A stretch of 64,000 nucleotides of DNA from a virus (IMGVR_UViG_3300030451_005868:1-64000); one strand, 5' to 3'; counted from the first letter of the stretch, positions 1 to 9,945 are shown. Made by a program: numbers and translations. The notes: a model not told the origin generated them from the sequence alone.

Positions 1-261
1 GTGCCGGCAGTGAAAGCATTGAACAATGCGTATGAATTAGCAATGGATCAAGGACACACTGAACTGGCAACTAATATTAAACAGGACCTGTCAGCAGTAA
101 AAGTGCGTTTACAAAGTGGTAAGGATTTAGATTTTGTTAAATCCATGCAGGACAAATACAGTAAATTTGTAGATGCTGGTGGATTGCCATACGACATTGA
201 CACGGAATCAAAAGCATACGAATCAAAACTTGCTTTTATGCTGAATCAACAACTTAAATAA
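1..261 (+). CDS. hypothetical protein, 5'-truncated by window edge (probably head-associated)
   Basis: Frame open from base 1 to TAA at 259-261; ends with 'YESKLAFML'; no recognisable catalytic motif. Confidence 0.5.
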   Translation: MPAVKALNNAYELAMDQGHTELATNIKQDLSAVKVRLQSGKDLDFVKSMQDKYSKFVDAGGLPYDIDTESKAYESKLAFMLNQQLK

Positions 262-273
262 CATTGGAACAAT

Positions 274-281
274 TATAAATA
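274..281 (+). promoter_or_regulatory. T4-type late promoter consensus TATAAATA
   Basis: Exact TATAAATA at 274-281, 5 nt before the ATG at 287; matches the T4 gp55 late-promoter consensus. Confidence 0.55.
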
Positions 282-286
282 GTCAT

Positions 287-1087
287 ATGGCACGTAAAGA
301 TACATCAAATAACAGTTTTGCAGACCTAGTGGCTCGTTTGAAAGCAATGAGTGACATCACTCCCGAGCAAGAAAGAAGCCAGTTGATGGAAGCCGCAAGA
401 CAAGAGCCAAAAATTTTAGATGACAAAGAACTAAGTTTGTCAGATATTGCCAAACTGGCAGGTATCAAAGAATATGTTGAAGCACCAAAAGTGTCAAAAG
501 AGGCAGAAAAACTTGTGGAATCAATCACCACTGACAAAACAGAATCAGATATTACAAAAGCAATCAAAGAATCCGATGCTGACGATTCAATTTCAACTGC
601 TATAAAAAAGTCAGTCACTGAAGAATCAAATAGACTGGACAAGATTGCAGAATTGGAAGCACAGTTGGCTGAATTAAAATCAGAACAAAAAGAAGAACAA
701 ACATATGACTCAAAATCATTTAGAGAAGTTATCACAAAAGATATCGCAGAATATATCAAAAATGCAGAAGACTCTGCTCTCGTGGAACTTTACAACACGA
801 TCTCAGACAATGAAGCAGTTTACAACGAAGAATCATCAAACATTCTTATCAAGACTCCAGAAACTACAGAAATAATAGCAGACGCTGAAAAATCAGAAGC
901 ACCAGAAGAAGAGGTAGTTCAAGAAAAAGAAAAAGAAGAAGACAAAGAAGAAGACAAAGACGACACAGCAGGCGAAGTTCCTATGTTGGACCCAGAATTT
1001 GATGACGAAGATGAAATGGGCGAAGACGTAGAAATAGAACAGCCAGTCACAGACAAATTTACAAACGATTTAGATCCTCAAAAATAG
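287..1087 (+). CDS. very acidic, coiled-coil-rich protein; putative prohead core/scaffold-like or internal head protein
   Basis: 266 aa, Glu/Asp-rich tail, 'DIAKLAGIKE' motif, coiled coil 'IAELEAQLAELK', several (I/V/L)xE-S type junctions; preceded by a late-promoter motif. Confidence 0.45.
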   Translation: MARKDTSNNSFADLVARLKAMSDITPEQERSQLMEAARQEPKILDDKELSLSDIAKLAGIKEYVEAPKVSKEAEKLVESITTDKTESDITKAIKESDADDSISTAIKKSVTEESNRLDKIAELEAQLAELKSEQKEEQTYDSKSFREVITKDIAEYIKNAEDSALVELYNTISDNEAVYNEESSNILIKTPETTEIIADAEKSEAPEEEVVQEKEKEEDKEEDKDDTAGEVPMLDPEFDDEDEMGEDVEIEQPVTDKFTNDLDPQK

Positions 1088-1099
1088 ATAATTACGTGT

Positions 1100-1741
1100 A
1101 TGCAACTGCACGTGACCACAAATAAGTTTGACCCAAATCCATACTACACTGAATCTATAAAAAGTATCTTTGCATGTCCAGACAAACAAAGTGTATCTCT
1201 GTTTGATCAAAACGGCTATGATCTCACACAGTTAGAACAATTATATGCAGTGGCCAACGGACATGATCCTATAGTGCATCGCAACAAAGACCACATAACT
1301 TTACGACAGGATTGGTTTGTAGACAATGATGGTCACAATGAACCTCACATCAACCATGCTGTCATGTTTGAAAGAAAAGGTTACACAGGCGACGCTCTTG
1401 CACAGTTGAAATCGTGGGCAAACGGAAATACCCACTTGCACAAATTGATTGCACTTAAACCCAAATGGGGATTGGATTTTTCAATTGATTATTGTGACGC
1501 CAAAGGCAATGTGTTTGAGGTACTGCATTGGGAATATGATGGATTTGATTATGAGGAAATTGCTGACAAAAAAGCAAAAATGGATGAATTTTTAGTTAAA
1601 CAAGATTGGCAACATGCCGCACAAAAGATATTACAGCATAAATCAGAATGGCATCACTTGGGTTTTTTTGAACAAAGCGAATGGAAGACTAAATTTTTTG
1701 GCATAGATAAAGAACGTTTCAAAGTGGTTTTATGGAAATAA
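1100..1741 (+). CDS. hypothetical phage protein
   Basis: 213-aa ORF with normal composition, tightly packed between neighbours. Confidence 0.6.
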   Translation: MQLHVTTNKFDPNPYYTESIKSIFACPDKQSVSLFDQNGYDLTQLEQLYAVANGHDPIVHRNKDHITLRQDWFVDNDGHNEPHINHAVMFERKGYTGDALAQLKSWANGNTHLHKLIALKPKWGLDFSIDYCDAKGNVFEVLHWEYDGFDYEEIADKKAKMDEFLVKQDWQHAAQKILQHKSEWHHLGFFEQSEWKTKFFGIDKERFKVVLWK

Positions 1742-1750
1742 ATATACAAA

Positions 1751-2284
1751 ATGAGCAGTATACCCTACAACTATCACAAGTATTTGGATGATGTGACAAA
1801 GATGCGCCAAAGAGGTGCAATCAGTTCAGGAGAACAGATAGCGTCTCCAAGCAGTGCAGGTAGCAGAGGATTGGCCAAATTGGATCAATTCACTAGAGAT
1901 GCCAATCAATTGATGAAGGCCAACATTAGTGAAAGTGCCACAAGAGAATATAAAAATTTAGATAAAAAATCAATAGAGAAATTGCGAGAAAAATATCTAC
2001 CTGACTGGGAATACAAAGACAACAGTTTACAAAAAAGATACAAGTTTGAAGACTACTACGAGACCATAAAATTTTTAATTAACACCGTAAAACCACAGGA
2101 AGAACTGGACCATCATGCGGACATAGCCATATTTTTTGACGAGGTACTGGTGAAAATATACACACACAGAACCAATGATGTGTCAGATTTTGACTTCAAA
2201 CTGGCCGTACAGATGGATATGATAGCCAAAGAGAAGCATGGTGCCATAGAACCTTCTTATGGACTAGACGACTTACTAAAATAA
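1751..2284 (+). CDS. pterin-4a-carbinolamine dehydratase (PCD/PhhB)-like domain with ~60-aa N-terminal extension
   Basis: C-terminal domain has the PCD pattern 'W...L.K.YKF..Y...F......E..DHHADI......V...TH....VS..DF.LA..MD'. Confidence 0.75.
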   Translation: MSSIPYNYHKYLDDVTKMRQRGAISSGEQIASPSSAGSRGLAKLDQFTRDANQLMKANISESATREYKNLDKKSIEKLREKYLPDWEYKDNSLQKRYKFEDYYETIKFLINTVKPQEELDHHADIAIFFDEVLVKIYTHRTNDVSDFDFKLAVQMDMIAKEKHGAIEPSYGLDDLLK

Positions 2285-2293
2285 ATACACTAT

Positions 2294-3742
2294 ATGAGCA
2301 CAAATTTTGAAGATATCAGAACAATCTTAAACAGAATTGACGGTGTGAACGTGCCGGTGCAGGAAGACGACAATAGTGACTATATCAAACAAGCATATAT
2401 GTTGGCGGTCAAACATCACACAGATGGCTCAGGCGATGGAAACATAAATGAAGACATAGGTGACCTGATCGAAGACTATAACGAAAAAGCCGACAAAAAA
2501 ATATCTCCAGAACAAATAATGCGTATCAGTAAAAAATACAATGCCGGAGGCGATTACGTGGAAGTGTTATCCGCAGAAGGCATAGATGGCAAACTTTGGT
2601 TGGAGGTTGCAAAAGAATATTATGCCCAATTAGAATCAGCAGTGCAGGAAGATGACGGAGATGAAAGAGCAATCGCGGCAATGAAACTTGCCAAAGACGA
2701 AAACCGTAAAGAAGGTTTTGATTATCCACAAGGTGGCAAGTATGGCTACAAAGCAGAACGTGGATCAGGCACAGGTGCAATGGGCACGATGCAAGTCAAC
2801 GTGACAATTCACGACAGAGAAACTGATGAAACCATGTACATTAAGGACATGAATTACTTAGAATTAGAAAAAGGTGACGAACAAGAAACACTTGCAATGA
2901 TTTGGGATGAAAACAGAGACCTAATTCAAAGGGAATCAGCGGACTCAGGCGAACTGAGCAGGCTAAAAGAACTGTCAGGCATTGAAGAAAATGCTAAAGT
3001 AAACTTTTCTCCGGAACAGATCAAACAATTAATGATGTGGAATAAGAAATACAGTGTTTATTCAGGCAAGAACGGAGATGAACTTCCAAGTGGTTTAGTC
3101 AAGGCAAACACTGACTCAGGAATTACATCAGACGGATACGAAGAGAACGAGGTCAAACAATATGAAAAAATGTTTGGCAAGGAAGAATTTGACTGGGATG
3201 ATAGCCAGCACAGTGAGTTCCAGGAAAAATCAAAGATAACAGGCGGGATGATGAGTGACCTCGAGAAGATAGTTGGTGTTGGAAATGCTGACGATGAATA
3301 CACACTTGCCGAGATTGGAGAGAAGATACTTGGAATGAGTTTCGGTGACACTTACGAAGAGCAATACCAGCCATTCCCAGAAGGCGATGAATTCAACATA
3401 GAAGATGACGAAGACTTCGAAGAAGTGCTTGGTCCATTGGGTTTCCCAGAAGATGAAACAGAATTATTTGACGCAGAGTACAGAGGCAGGAAAGTGCCAC
3501 TGAACAAACCAATGCGTGGTGATGTAAAGAAATTCAAAGTGTATGTCAAAGATCCAAAAACAGGCAACGTTAAAAAAGTAAACTTTGGACACGGCGGCAG
3601 TTCAGCAAGAAAAGCCGGACAGAAAACAATGAAGATTAGGAAGTCAAACCCCAAAGCAAGAAAAAGTTTTAGAGCGCGTCATAATTGTGCCAACCCAGGA
3701 CCAAAGACCAAAGCAAGATATTGGTCTTGTAGAAAGTGGTAA
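2294..3742 (+). CDS. modular acidic protein with basic C-terminal 'RKSFRARHNC...KARYWSC' module; putative internal head protein
   Basis: 482 aa; acidic N-terminal ~395 aa with repeated 'VQEDD' and 'ELSRLKELSGIEE'; C-terminal Lys/Arg-rich module that I recognise as recurrent in large T4-like phages. Confidence 0.55.
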   Translation: MSTNFEDIRTILNRIDGVNVPVQEDDNSDYIKQAYMLAVKHHTDGSGDGNINEDIGDLIEDYNEKADKKISPEQIMRISKKYNAGGDYVEVLSAEGIDGKLWLEVAKEYYAQLESAVQEDDGDERAIAAMKLAKDENRKEGFDYPQGGKYGYKAERGSGTGAMGTMQVNVTIHDRETDETMYIKDMNYLELEKGDEQETLAMIWDENRDLIQRESADSGELSRLKELSGIEENAKVNFSPEQIKQLMMWNKKYSVYSGKNGDELPSGLVKANTDSGITSDGYEENEVKQYEKMFGKEEFDWDDSQHSEFQEKSKITGGMMSDLEKIVGVGNADDEYTLAEIGEKILGMSFGDTYEEQYQPFPEGDEFNIEDDEDFEEVLGPLGFPEDETELFDAEYRGRKVPLNKPMRGDVKKFKVYVKDPKTGNVKKVNFGHGGSSARKAGQKTMKIRKSNPKARKSFRARHNCANPGPKTKARYWSCRKW

Positions 3743-3743
3743 A

Positions 3744-3929
3744 ATGAAAATTAACGAAGTAGTAGGAATCACAGAAGAACAATTTGAAAAACTAGCAGAG
3801 AAAAAAGATGCCTGCTATCACAAAGTCAAAGCAAGATATAAAGTTTGGCCTTCGGCCTATGCCTCTGGTGCTCTAGTGCAGTGTCGTAAAAAAGGTGCGG
3901 CCAACTGGGGTAACAAGAGCAAAAAATGA
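3744..3929 (+). CDS. small basic protein 'DACYHKVKARYKVWPSAYASGALVQCRK'; putative internal head protein
   Basis: ATG at 3744 just after the upstream stop; N-terminus MKINEVVGITE...LAE followed by a Cys/Lys-rich module. The ORF-track start at 3687 overlaps the upstream gene and is less likely. Confidence 0.6.
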   Translation: MKINEVVGITEEQFEKLAEKKDACYHKVKARYKVWPSAYASGALVQCRKKGAANWGNKSKK

Positions 3930-4546
3930 AACTATACGAGTTAATTGAAAAATTAGATCCCGAAGAACAGTATTGGCAAAATCCAAATCCCGATACCATG
4001 TGGGTAACGGACAAATTGATCCTGGCCAGCAAAATGGGTTACAAATGTGGGCCTGCAGGAATAGATGTACCTGAGTCTGGACACTATTGTGTGCGTCCTG
4101 TTGTGAACGCATACGGTTTAGGTATAGGTGCCAAGAAAATGTACATCGAACAAACAACCACACACATACCACCAGGTTTCTTTTGGTGTGAATGGTTCGA
4201 AGGCAGACATCTTAGTGTTGACTACAAACAAGGTGAACAAAATTTGTGTGTTGAAGGTTTCAAAGCAGAAGACACATTTACCAAATGGGACAAATGGATT
4301 AAAACAGAGGATCAAATGCCAATGCCGGATGTGATTAAATCTGCTGTGGCTGAACATGATGTTGTCAACTGCGAATTCATTGGAGACAAGTTGATCGAAG
4401 TGCATCTTAGACATAATCCAGATTTTGAAGGAGATATCAACGAGTTTATTCCTGTTTGGGAAGGACAAGACACTACTGCTCCAGAAGGCTATAAATACAA
4501 AGAGTACCCAGATGTACATGGAAGAATTGGAGCATTTATAAAGTGA
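3926..4546 (+). CDS. ATP-grasp-like phage protein
   Basis: 'DKL...YCVRPVVN..GLG.GA...FWCEWFEGRHLSVDY...NCEFIGDKLIEVHLR.NPDF' follows the ATP-grasp order of motifs; ATGA overlap with the upstream gene. Confidence 0.5.
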   Translation: MKLYELIEKLDPEEQYWQNPNPDTMWVTDKLILASKMGYKCGPAGIDVPESGHYCVRPVVNAYGLGIGAKKMYIEQTTTHIPPGFFWCEWFEGRHLSVDYKQGEQNLCVEGFKAEDTFTKWDKWIKTEDQMPMPDVIKSAVAEHDVVNCEFIGDKLIEVHLRHNPDFEGDINEFIPVWEGQDTTAPEGYKYKEYPDVHGRIGAFIK

Positions 4547-5598
4547 AGATTTTAGAAATCACAACATTACAAGAAAAAGCATCATACGACAATTGGGATC
4601 ACCAAGAAAGTGCATCATATTCAAAATATTTGGAAAAACACTTTGGTGCACCAGATGAATTCACAGACGAACAAACTGTTTGGCACGGCATTGATGGATT
4701 CAAAAGAGTAGTATGCAGAGACGAATATATTCTACATGGATCGCCAGCACCACACTACGATTTTGTGTACTCATATATTGATCTAGAGGTGCCTGAAGAT
4801 CTATCAGACGAATTAGCCAAGTGTTCTGGAAGTATTCTAATTGATCATCTCAAAAATGAAGTTGGTGCTAGATGTGGATCATTAACTGCCAACGCTGTCA
4901 CACTGAATTTTTGTTTGGATGTAGTTGCTGGCAGAACAGAGCCAACCAAAGACGAATACGAAAAAAGAATATTAGAGATGAAAGCCATGTTTGATCGAGG
5001 TGAGAAATACGAATTGGAATGGTGGCCAGATGAGGCAGGTGATGCAGACCCTAACAACCCTTTCTACAAGGAAAACTATGAAATCACCGCAGAAGGCACA
5101 AGATGTTGGAAAGGCTATATGCGTAAAGGATTCAAAACCATGTTTGGAAAGAGAGTTCCCAACTGTGTGAAACGTGAAGGCAAATACTATGTCAATGACA
5201 TGTTTGGCGACACTGTGTTTGAATCTGAACACAAACAGGACGCTGTTGACTTTCTAAAACAAAACTATGCAGATTTGAAAACGTGTACAGTACACGGAAT
5301 CACAGAGTCACATCACTCAGGACTACGTGCTTGGTTCGGCAAAGGCAAAAAAGGCGGAGCAGGTGGTGGTGGCTGGGACCGATACAACACAAAAGGTGAA
5401 CGTATTGGCAAGTGTGGTGACAGGAAAAAAGGTGAAGGAAAACCAAAATGTTTATCAAAAGCCAGAGCCGCGTCACTGAGAGCATCTGGTGGTAAAAAAG
5501 CCATTGCGGCCGCAGTAAGAAGAAAAAGAAGAAAAGATAAGAATCCAGAGAGACGTGGTAAAGCCATAAACGTATCCAATAAGAAAAAGAAAAAATAA
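4543..5598 (+). CDS. multi-module protein with 'CWKGY...VPNCVK' and 'GLRAWF...KPKC' basic modules; putative internal head polyprotein
   Basis: GTG start overlapping the upstream stop; modules separated by LQE, ITAE and ITE junctions; very basic C-terminus. Confidence 0.55.
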   Translation: MKILEITTLQEKASYDNWDHQESASYSKYLEKHFGAPDEFTDEQTVWHGIDGFKRVVCRDEYILHGSPAPHYDFVYSYIDLEVPEDLSDELAKCSGSILIDHLKNEVGARCGSLTANAVTLNFCLDVVAGRTEPTKDEYEKRILEMKAMFDRGEKYELEWWPDEAGDADPNNPFYKENYEITAEGTRCWKGYMRKGFKTMFGKRVPNCVKREGKYYVNDMFGDTVFESEHKQDAVDFLKQNYADLKTCTVHGITESHHSGLRAWFGKGKKGGAGGGGWDRYNTKGERIGKCGDRKKGEGKPKCLSKARAASLRASGGKKAIAAAVRRKRRKDKNPERRGKAINVSNKKKKK

Positions 5599-5627
5599 TT
5601 GACTCTATAATCAAATTGTTATATAGT
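5599..5627 (+). promoter_or_regulatory. sigma70-type promoter TTGACT-N17-TATAGT
   Basis: -35 at 5599-5604, -10 at 5622-5627, AGGAG RBS at 5639-5643 before ATG 5649; marks the start of the replication block. Confidence 0.7.
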
Positions 5628-5648
5628 ATACACTAACAAGGAGAAATT

Positions 5649-5906
5649 ATGGCAGTAAGAAACTTCAACGAAGCAGAAAAACAAAAATTAATTCAAATCA
5701 TTTCGCAAGGATCACAGGTATTAGGTGAAGTTGACGATCTCAGAGCAGGTTTAAGAGACACTGTAAAGGCAATTGCAGAAGAACTTGAACTGAAACCAGC
5801 ATTGATCAACAAAGCAATATCAGTGGCACACAAAGGCAATTATCAAAACATTGCTGACGAAATGGACACACTAGAAAGTATATTGAACTCAGCCGGCAAA
5901 CTTTAA
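5649..5906 (+). CDS. small helical dsDNA-binding protein (T4 DsbA / GapR-like)
   Basis: 85 aa, 'L...KAIAEELELKPALINKAI..AHK' pattern resembles T4 DsbA; strong RBS. Confidence 0.5.
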   Translation: MAVRNFNEAEKQKLIQIISQGSQVLGEVDDLRAGLRDTVKAIAEELELKPALINKAISVAHKGNYQNIADEMDTLESILNSAGKL

Positions 5907-6187
5907 TGTACAAATTACTCAAAGAATTTTGGGTAACAAGTTATAAATCAGACAAGTTGGCCTTTTACCTTGAAGTATTCTCGGTAACAGTTACAATTGC
6001 AGGTTCTTATCTACTAACTTTTACATCACCAGGCCCAGACATGCGTTTAATATTTCCACTGTACTTGATGGGATCAAGCACATTGGCAGTGGCGGCATGG
6101 CGTAGAAGAATAATTTGGACTTGCACTTTGGGGTCCTGGTTTACTATAATGAACTTGATAGGCAATTATAGAGTTTTTATTTTATGA
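5906..6187 (+). CDS. small membrane protein (about three TM segments)
   Basis: 93 aa with three hydrophobic stretches; TAATG coupling upstream and overlap with the polymerase start. Confidence 0.6.
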   Translation: MYKLLKEFWVTSYKSDKLAFYLEVFSVTVTIAGSYLLTFTSPGPDMRLIFPLYLMGSSTLAVAAWRRRIIWTCTLGSWFTIMNLIGNYRVFIL

Positions 6188-8847
6188 GTTACATAGACGC
6201 TTTATATAAAAAAGACGAAGATAAAATTTATGTGGTAGAACGTGACCCTAAGAAAGGTCGTGTGTTCGTGGAATATGACGCAAGGTATGTGTTCTACTAT
6301 CCAGACGCAAGAGGCAAACACAGATCAATCACTGGAGAACCATTGCAAAAAGTCCAGTGCGCCACTCAGAAAGAATTCATAAAAGAGCAACGCATAAGAT
6401 CAAACAAGCAACTTTATGAACAAGATATCAATCCAGTATTCAGATGTTTGGAAGAGAATTACTTGGGTAAGGAAACTCCAAAACTGAATGTGCTGTTTTT
6501 TGATATTGAAGTGGACTTTGATCCCGATAGGGGTTATTCCACAACAGATGATCCGTTCATGCCAATTACTGCCATTAGTTGTTATATGGGATGGACGGAT
6601 CAATTAGTTACATTTGCGGTGCCACCAAAGACATTGAGTATGAAAGAAGCACAAATATTAACACAGAGATTTGATAACACAGTTCTGTTTGAAAAAGAAA
6701 AAGATATGCTTGACGCATTTTTACAACTTGTAGACGAGGCTGATATTTTGTCAGGTTGGAACAGTGAAGGGTATGATATTCCATACACAGTTGGAAGAAT
6801 ACAAAAAGTGTTAAGTTCAGATGACACAAGACGTTTGTGTTTCTGGGGAGAAAAACCAAAGAAAAGAATATTTGAAAAATATGGCAAAGAAAACCTAAGT
6901 TATGATTTAATTGGACGTGTGCATTTGGACTTGTTAGAACTTTATAGGAAATACACATACGAAGAACGACACAGTTTCAGATTAGACGCAATAGGAGAAC
7001 ATGAATTAGGTGAAAAGAAAACAGTGTACGAAGGATCACTAGATAATTTGTACAACAACGATTTTGGTTTGTTTATAGAATACAACAGACAAGACACAAA
7101 TTTATTGGCAAAATTAGAAAAGAAATTGAAATTCATTGAACTGGCCAATGAAATTGCACACCAGAACACTGTGCTACTACAGACAACCATGGGTGCAGTT
7201 GCAGTAACAGAACAGGCCATAGTCAATGAAGCACACAGACGAGGCATGATTGTGCCAGGAAGAAAATACAGAGACAAAGATGCTGAGCCTGTGACAGCCG
7301 CTGGTGCATATGTGGCCACTCCTAAGAAAGGCCTGCATGATTGGATAGGATCCATTGACATCAATTCGCTGTATCCATCCGTGATTCGTGCTTTGAACAT
7401 GGGTCCTGAAACAATTGTTGGACAAATACGTCCAGTGATCACATCAGCAGAAATAAACAGAGCCAAACACGCAAAAAAATCATTTGCGGCGGCTTGGGAT
7501 AATCAATTTGGCAGTTGGGAATATCAAGCAGTGATGAACAAAGAAAGAGGCACAGAACTGATTGTGGACTGGTCCGACGGAACTAGTGTGCGTATGAGTG
7601 CGGCACAGTTGTATGATGTGGTGTTTGACGGAAACAACAAATGGATGTTGAGTGCAAATGGTACAATATTCACATATGAATTTGAAGCAATTATTCCTGG
7701 ACTACTAAAACGTTGGTATGCAGAACGAAAAGAAATGCAAAAGAAAATGCACGACGCGGGAGATAACGAGATAGAGCGAGAATATTGGGACAAAAGGCAA
7801 CTTGTGAAAAAAATTAATCTTAACAGTTTGTATGGCGCAATATTGAATCCTGGGTGCAGATTCTTTGACATGCGTATTGGACAATCCGTCACACTGACAG
7901 GTAGATGTATTACAAAACACATGGCCAGTAAGGTAAACGAGATTGTAGCAGGCAAGTATGATCATGTTGGTGAAAGCATTATATACGGTGATACAGATTC
8001 TGTGTATTTTTCCGCACACAAAACTTTGGCTAAGGAGATCGACAATGGCCAGATTCCATGGTCAAAAGAAAGTGTGGTCGGACTGTATGATCGAATAGCA
8101 GACGAAATCAATACATCTTTTGCTGGCTTTATGAGCAAAGCATTTCATTGTCCAACCACAAGAGGTGCAGTGATCAAAGCAGGTCGAGAACTGGTTGCAC
8201 TCAAAGGATTGTTCATAACCAAAAAAAGATATGCTGTGTTATACTATGACAAAGAAGGTGAACGTGTTGACACTGCGGGCAAAGAAGGCAAAGTGAAAGC
8301 AATGGGTCTCGATCTAAAACGTTCAGATACTCCTGTGTTTGTACAGGACTTTTTAAGTGATATATTGTATCAGGTATTGACAGGCTCTTCCGAAACAGAA
8401 GTGCTACAATCTATCACAGACTTTAGATCAGATTTCAAAGCAAGACCAGGTTGGGAAAAAGGGTCTCCAAAACGTGCAAACAACATTACTGAATACTGGG
8501 AGAAAGAAAAGAAGCAGGGCAAAGCCAATATGCCTGGACATGTTAGAGCCAGTATCAATTGGAACAACTGCAAAACTATGTATGACGACAAATACTCTTT
8601 GCCAATCACAGACGGAGCAAAAGTAATTGTGTGCAAACTAAAAAACAATCCTTTAAACTACACATCAATTGCATATCCTGTAGATGAACTGCGTATTCCA
8701 GAATGGTTCAAAGACATGCCTTTTGATGCTGATGCAATGGAGCAGACTATTTTAGATCAGAAATTAGATAATTTAATTGGTGTGCTAGGATGGGACGTGC
8801 AATCTACTGAAACCAGTAATACATTCAACAAACTGTTTGAATTTTAA
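6184..8847 (+). CDS. family B DNA polymerase (T4 gp43-like)
   Basis: Exonuclease motifs FFDIE, GWNSEGYDIPY, YNRQD; polymerase motifs DINSLYPS, KKINLNSLYG, YGDTDS, KKRY; 887 aa, uninterrupted. Confidence 0.97.
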   Translation: MSYIDALYKKDEDKIYVVERDPKKGRVFVEYDARYVFYYPDARGKHRSITGEPLQKVQCATQKEFIKEQRIRSNKQLYEQDINPVFRCLEENYLGKETPKLNVLFFDIEVDFDPDRGYSTTDDPFMPITAISCYMGWTDQLVTFAVPPKTLSMKEAQILTQRFDNTVLFEKEKDMLDAFLQLVDEADILSGWNSEGYDIPYTVGRIQKVLSSDDTRRLCFWGEKPKKRIFEKYGKENLSYDLIGRVHLDLLELYRKYTYEERHSFRLDAIGEHELGEKKTVYEGSLDNLYNNDFGLFIEYNRQDTNLLAKLEKKLKFIELANEIAHQNTVLLQTTMGAVAVTEQAIVNEAHRRGMIVPGRKYRDKDAEPVTAAGAYVATPKKGLHDWIGSIDINSLYPSVIRALNMGPETIVGQIRPVITSAEINRAKHAKKSFAAAWDNQFGSWEYQAVMNKERGTELIVDWSDGTSVRMSAAQLYDVVFDGNNKWMLSANGTIFTYEFEAIIPGLLKRWYAERKEMQKKMHDAGDNEIEREYWDKRQLVKKINLNSLYGAILNPGCRFFDMRIGQSVTLTGRCITKHMASKVNEIVAGKYDHVGESIIYGDTDSVYFSAHKTLAKEIDNGQIPWSKESVVGLYDRIADEINTSFAGFMSKAFHCPTTRGAVIKAGRELVALKGLFITKKRYAVLYYDKEGERVDTAGKEGKVKAMGLDLKRSDTPVFVQDFLSDILYQVLTGSSETEVLQSITDFRSDFKARPGWEKGSPKRANNITEYWEKEKKQGKANMPGHVRASINWNNCKTMYDDKYSLPITDGAKVIVCKLKNNPLNYTSIAYPVDELRIPEWFKDMPFDADAMEQTILDQKLDNLIGVLGWDVQSTETSNTFNKLFEF

Positions 8848-8858
8848 ATAAAAAAAAT

Positions 8859-9161
8859 ATGTCAGATCTGAAAAAAATCTATATGGATGCTCTATCTAAT
8901 CACATTTGGAACTATGATGCCCAATATGACACCAAGTTTGAGCAAGGACACAAACAAAGACAACACTTGATAAGATTAATCAATGAGATATACGAGTTAG
9001 GACACAATCCTGAAAAATTGTTCTATGAACACTGTCCCGAGCATTTGTACGCATACTCCGCAGATTACGATATACGCACATCATGGGAAGAATACAAACT
9101 GCACTTAGATATTTTGCAAGAAGAAAGACGTGCAGAATATAATAAAAATGTTAAGCATTGA
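8859..9161 (+). CDS. hypothetical protein
   Basis: 100-aa ORF filling the gap between polymerase and methyltransferase. Confidence 0.55.
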   Translation: MSDLKKIYMDALSNHIWNYDAQYDTKFEQGHKQRQHLIRLINEIYELGHNPEKLFYEHCPEHLYAYSADYDIRTSWEEYKLHLDILQEERRAEYNKNVKH

Positions 9162-9945
9162 AGAAATTAAATTATTAATTGATAAACTTGAAAAACTCAA
9201 AGGTTCTGACTTTGACAAATTAATAAAAGATAATTTGAAAATTTTAAAAGACATTGCCACCACCGTTGATGCATACAATAACGAGCAGATAGATCGATTA
9301 GACAAAACACTAGAATGGTTCAATCACGATCGAAAACACAAAATTAGCCAACCTTTTGTGGATGACACTTTGTTTAAACAAGTTCAACAAAAAATTTATC
9401 AATTTGGTAGGAGTAACCATTACAAAAGTTTAGAAATAGGCCCCGGCAACGGAATGTTTTCAACCAGTTTTAAAGCATGGGCGGCCAATTATTTTATTGA
9501 TATCACCAACGGAGTTGAAATACCCATTAGGAGAATGTTTCCAAGACAGCATCAAAAATATTTGACATTTTATAAAACCAGAAAGCATGACTGTTACAAT
9601 ATACCACAGGCCAGTTGTAATTTTGTATTCAGTTGGGACACATTTGTTTTTTTCACCCAGAATCATATTCAACACTATCTACACGACATTCAAAGAATCA
9701 TGATTCCAGGAGCATATGGTTTTATACACTATGCAGACTGCCATTATGATCAAGATCTACAACTTGCCAAACGTGGTTATTGGAACTATAACACCAAAGA
9801 TGCCATGCAAAAACTCATAGAAGACGAAGGATACCAGGTTGTGGAAATGAACAGTTTTAGACCCACTGCCAGTTATGCCATTTTCCGTAAGCCTGGTAAA
9901 CAAAATCCTGTGCAGTATAAAGTTTTTGATTTTGTACTTGATTAA
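9148..9945 (+). CDS. class I SAM-dependent methyltransferase-like protein
   Basis: Motif I 'SLEIGPGNG', 'FIDI', 'FVFSWDTF', 'RIMIPGAYGFIHY'; ATG at 9148 preferred over GTG at 9130. Confidence 0.75.
   Translation: MLSIEEIKLLIDKLEKLKGSDFDKLIKDNLKILKDIATTVDAYNNEQIDRLDKTLEWFNHDRKHKISQPFVDDTLFKQVQQKIYQFGRSNHYKSLEIGPGNGMFSTSFKAWAANYFIDITNGVEIPIRRMFPRQHQKYLTFYKTRKHDCYNIPQASCNFVFSWDTFVFFTQNHIQHYLHDIQRIMIPGAYGFIHYADCHYDQDLQLAKRGYWNYNTKDAMQKLIEDEGYQVVEMNSFRPTASYAIFRKPGKQNPVQYKVFDFVLD

Noticed and set aside
6184-8847. Intein or intron in the DNA polymerase
   Set aside because: Length and motif spacing fit an uninterrupted gp43-like enzyme; no splicing or homing-endonuclease motifs seen.
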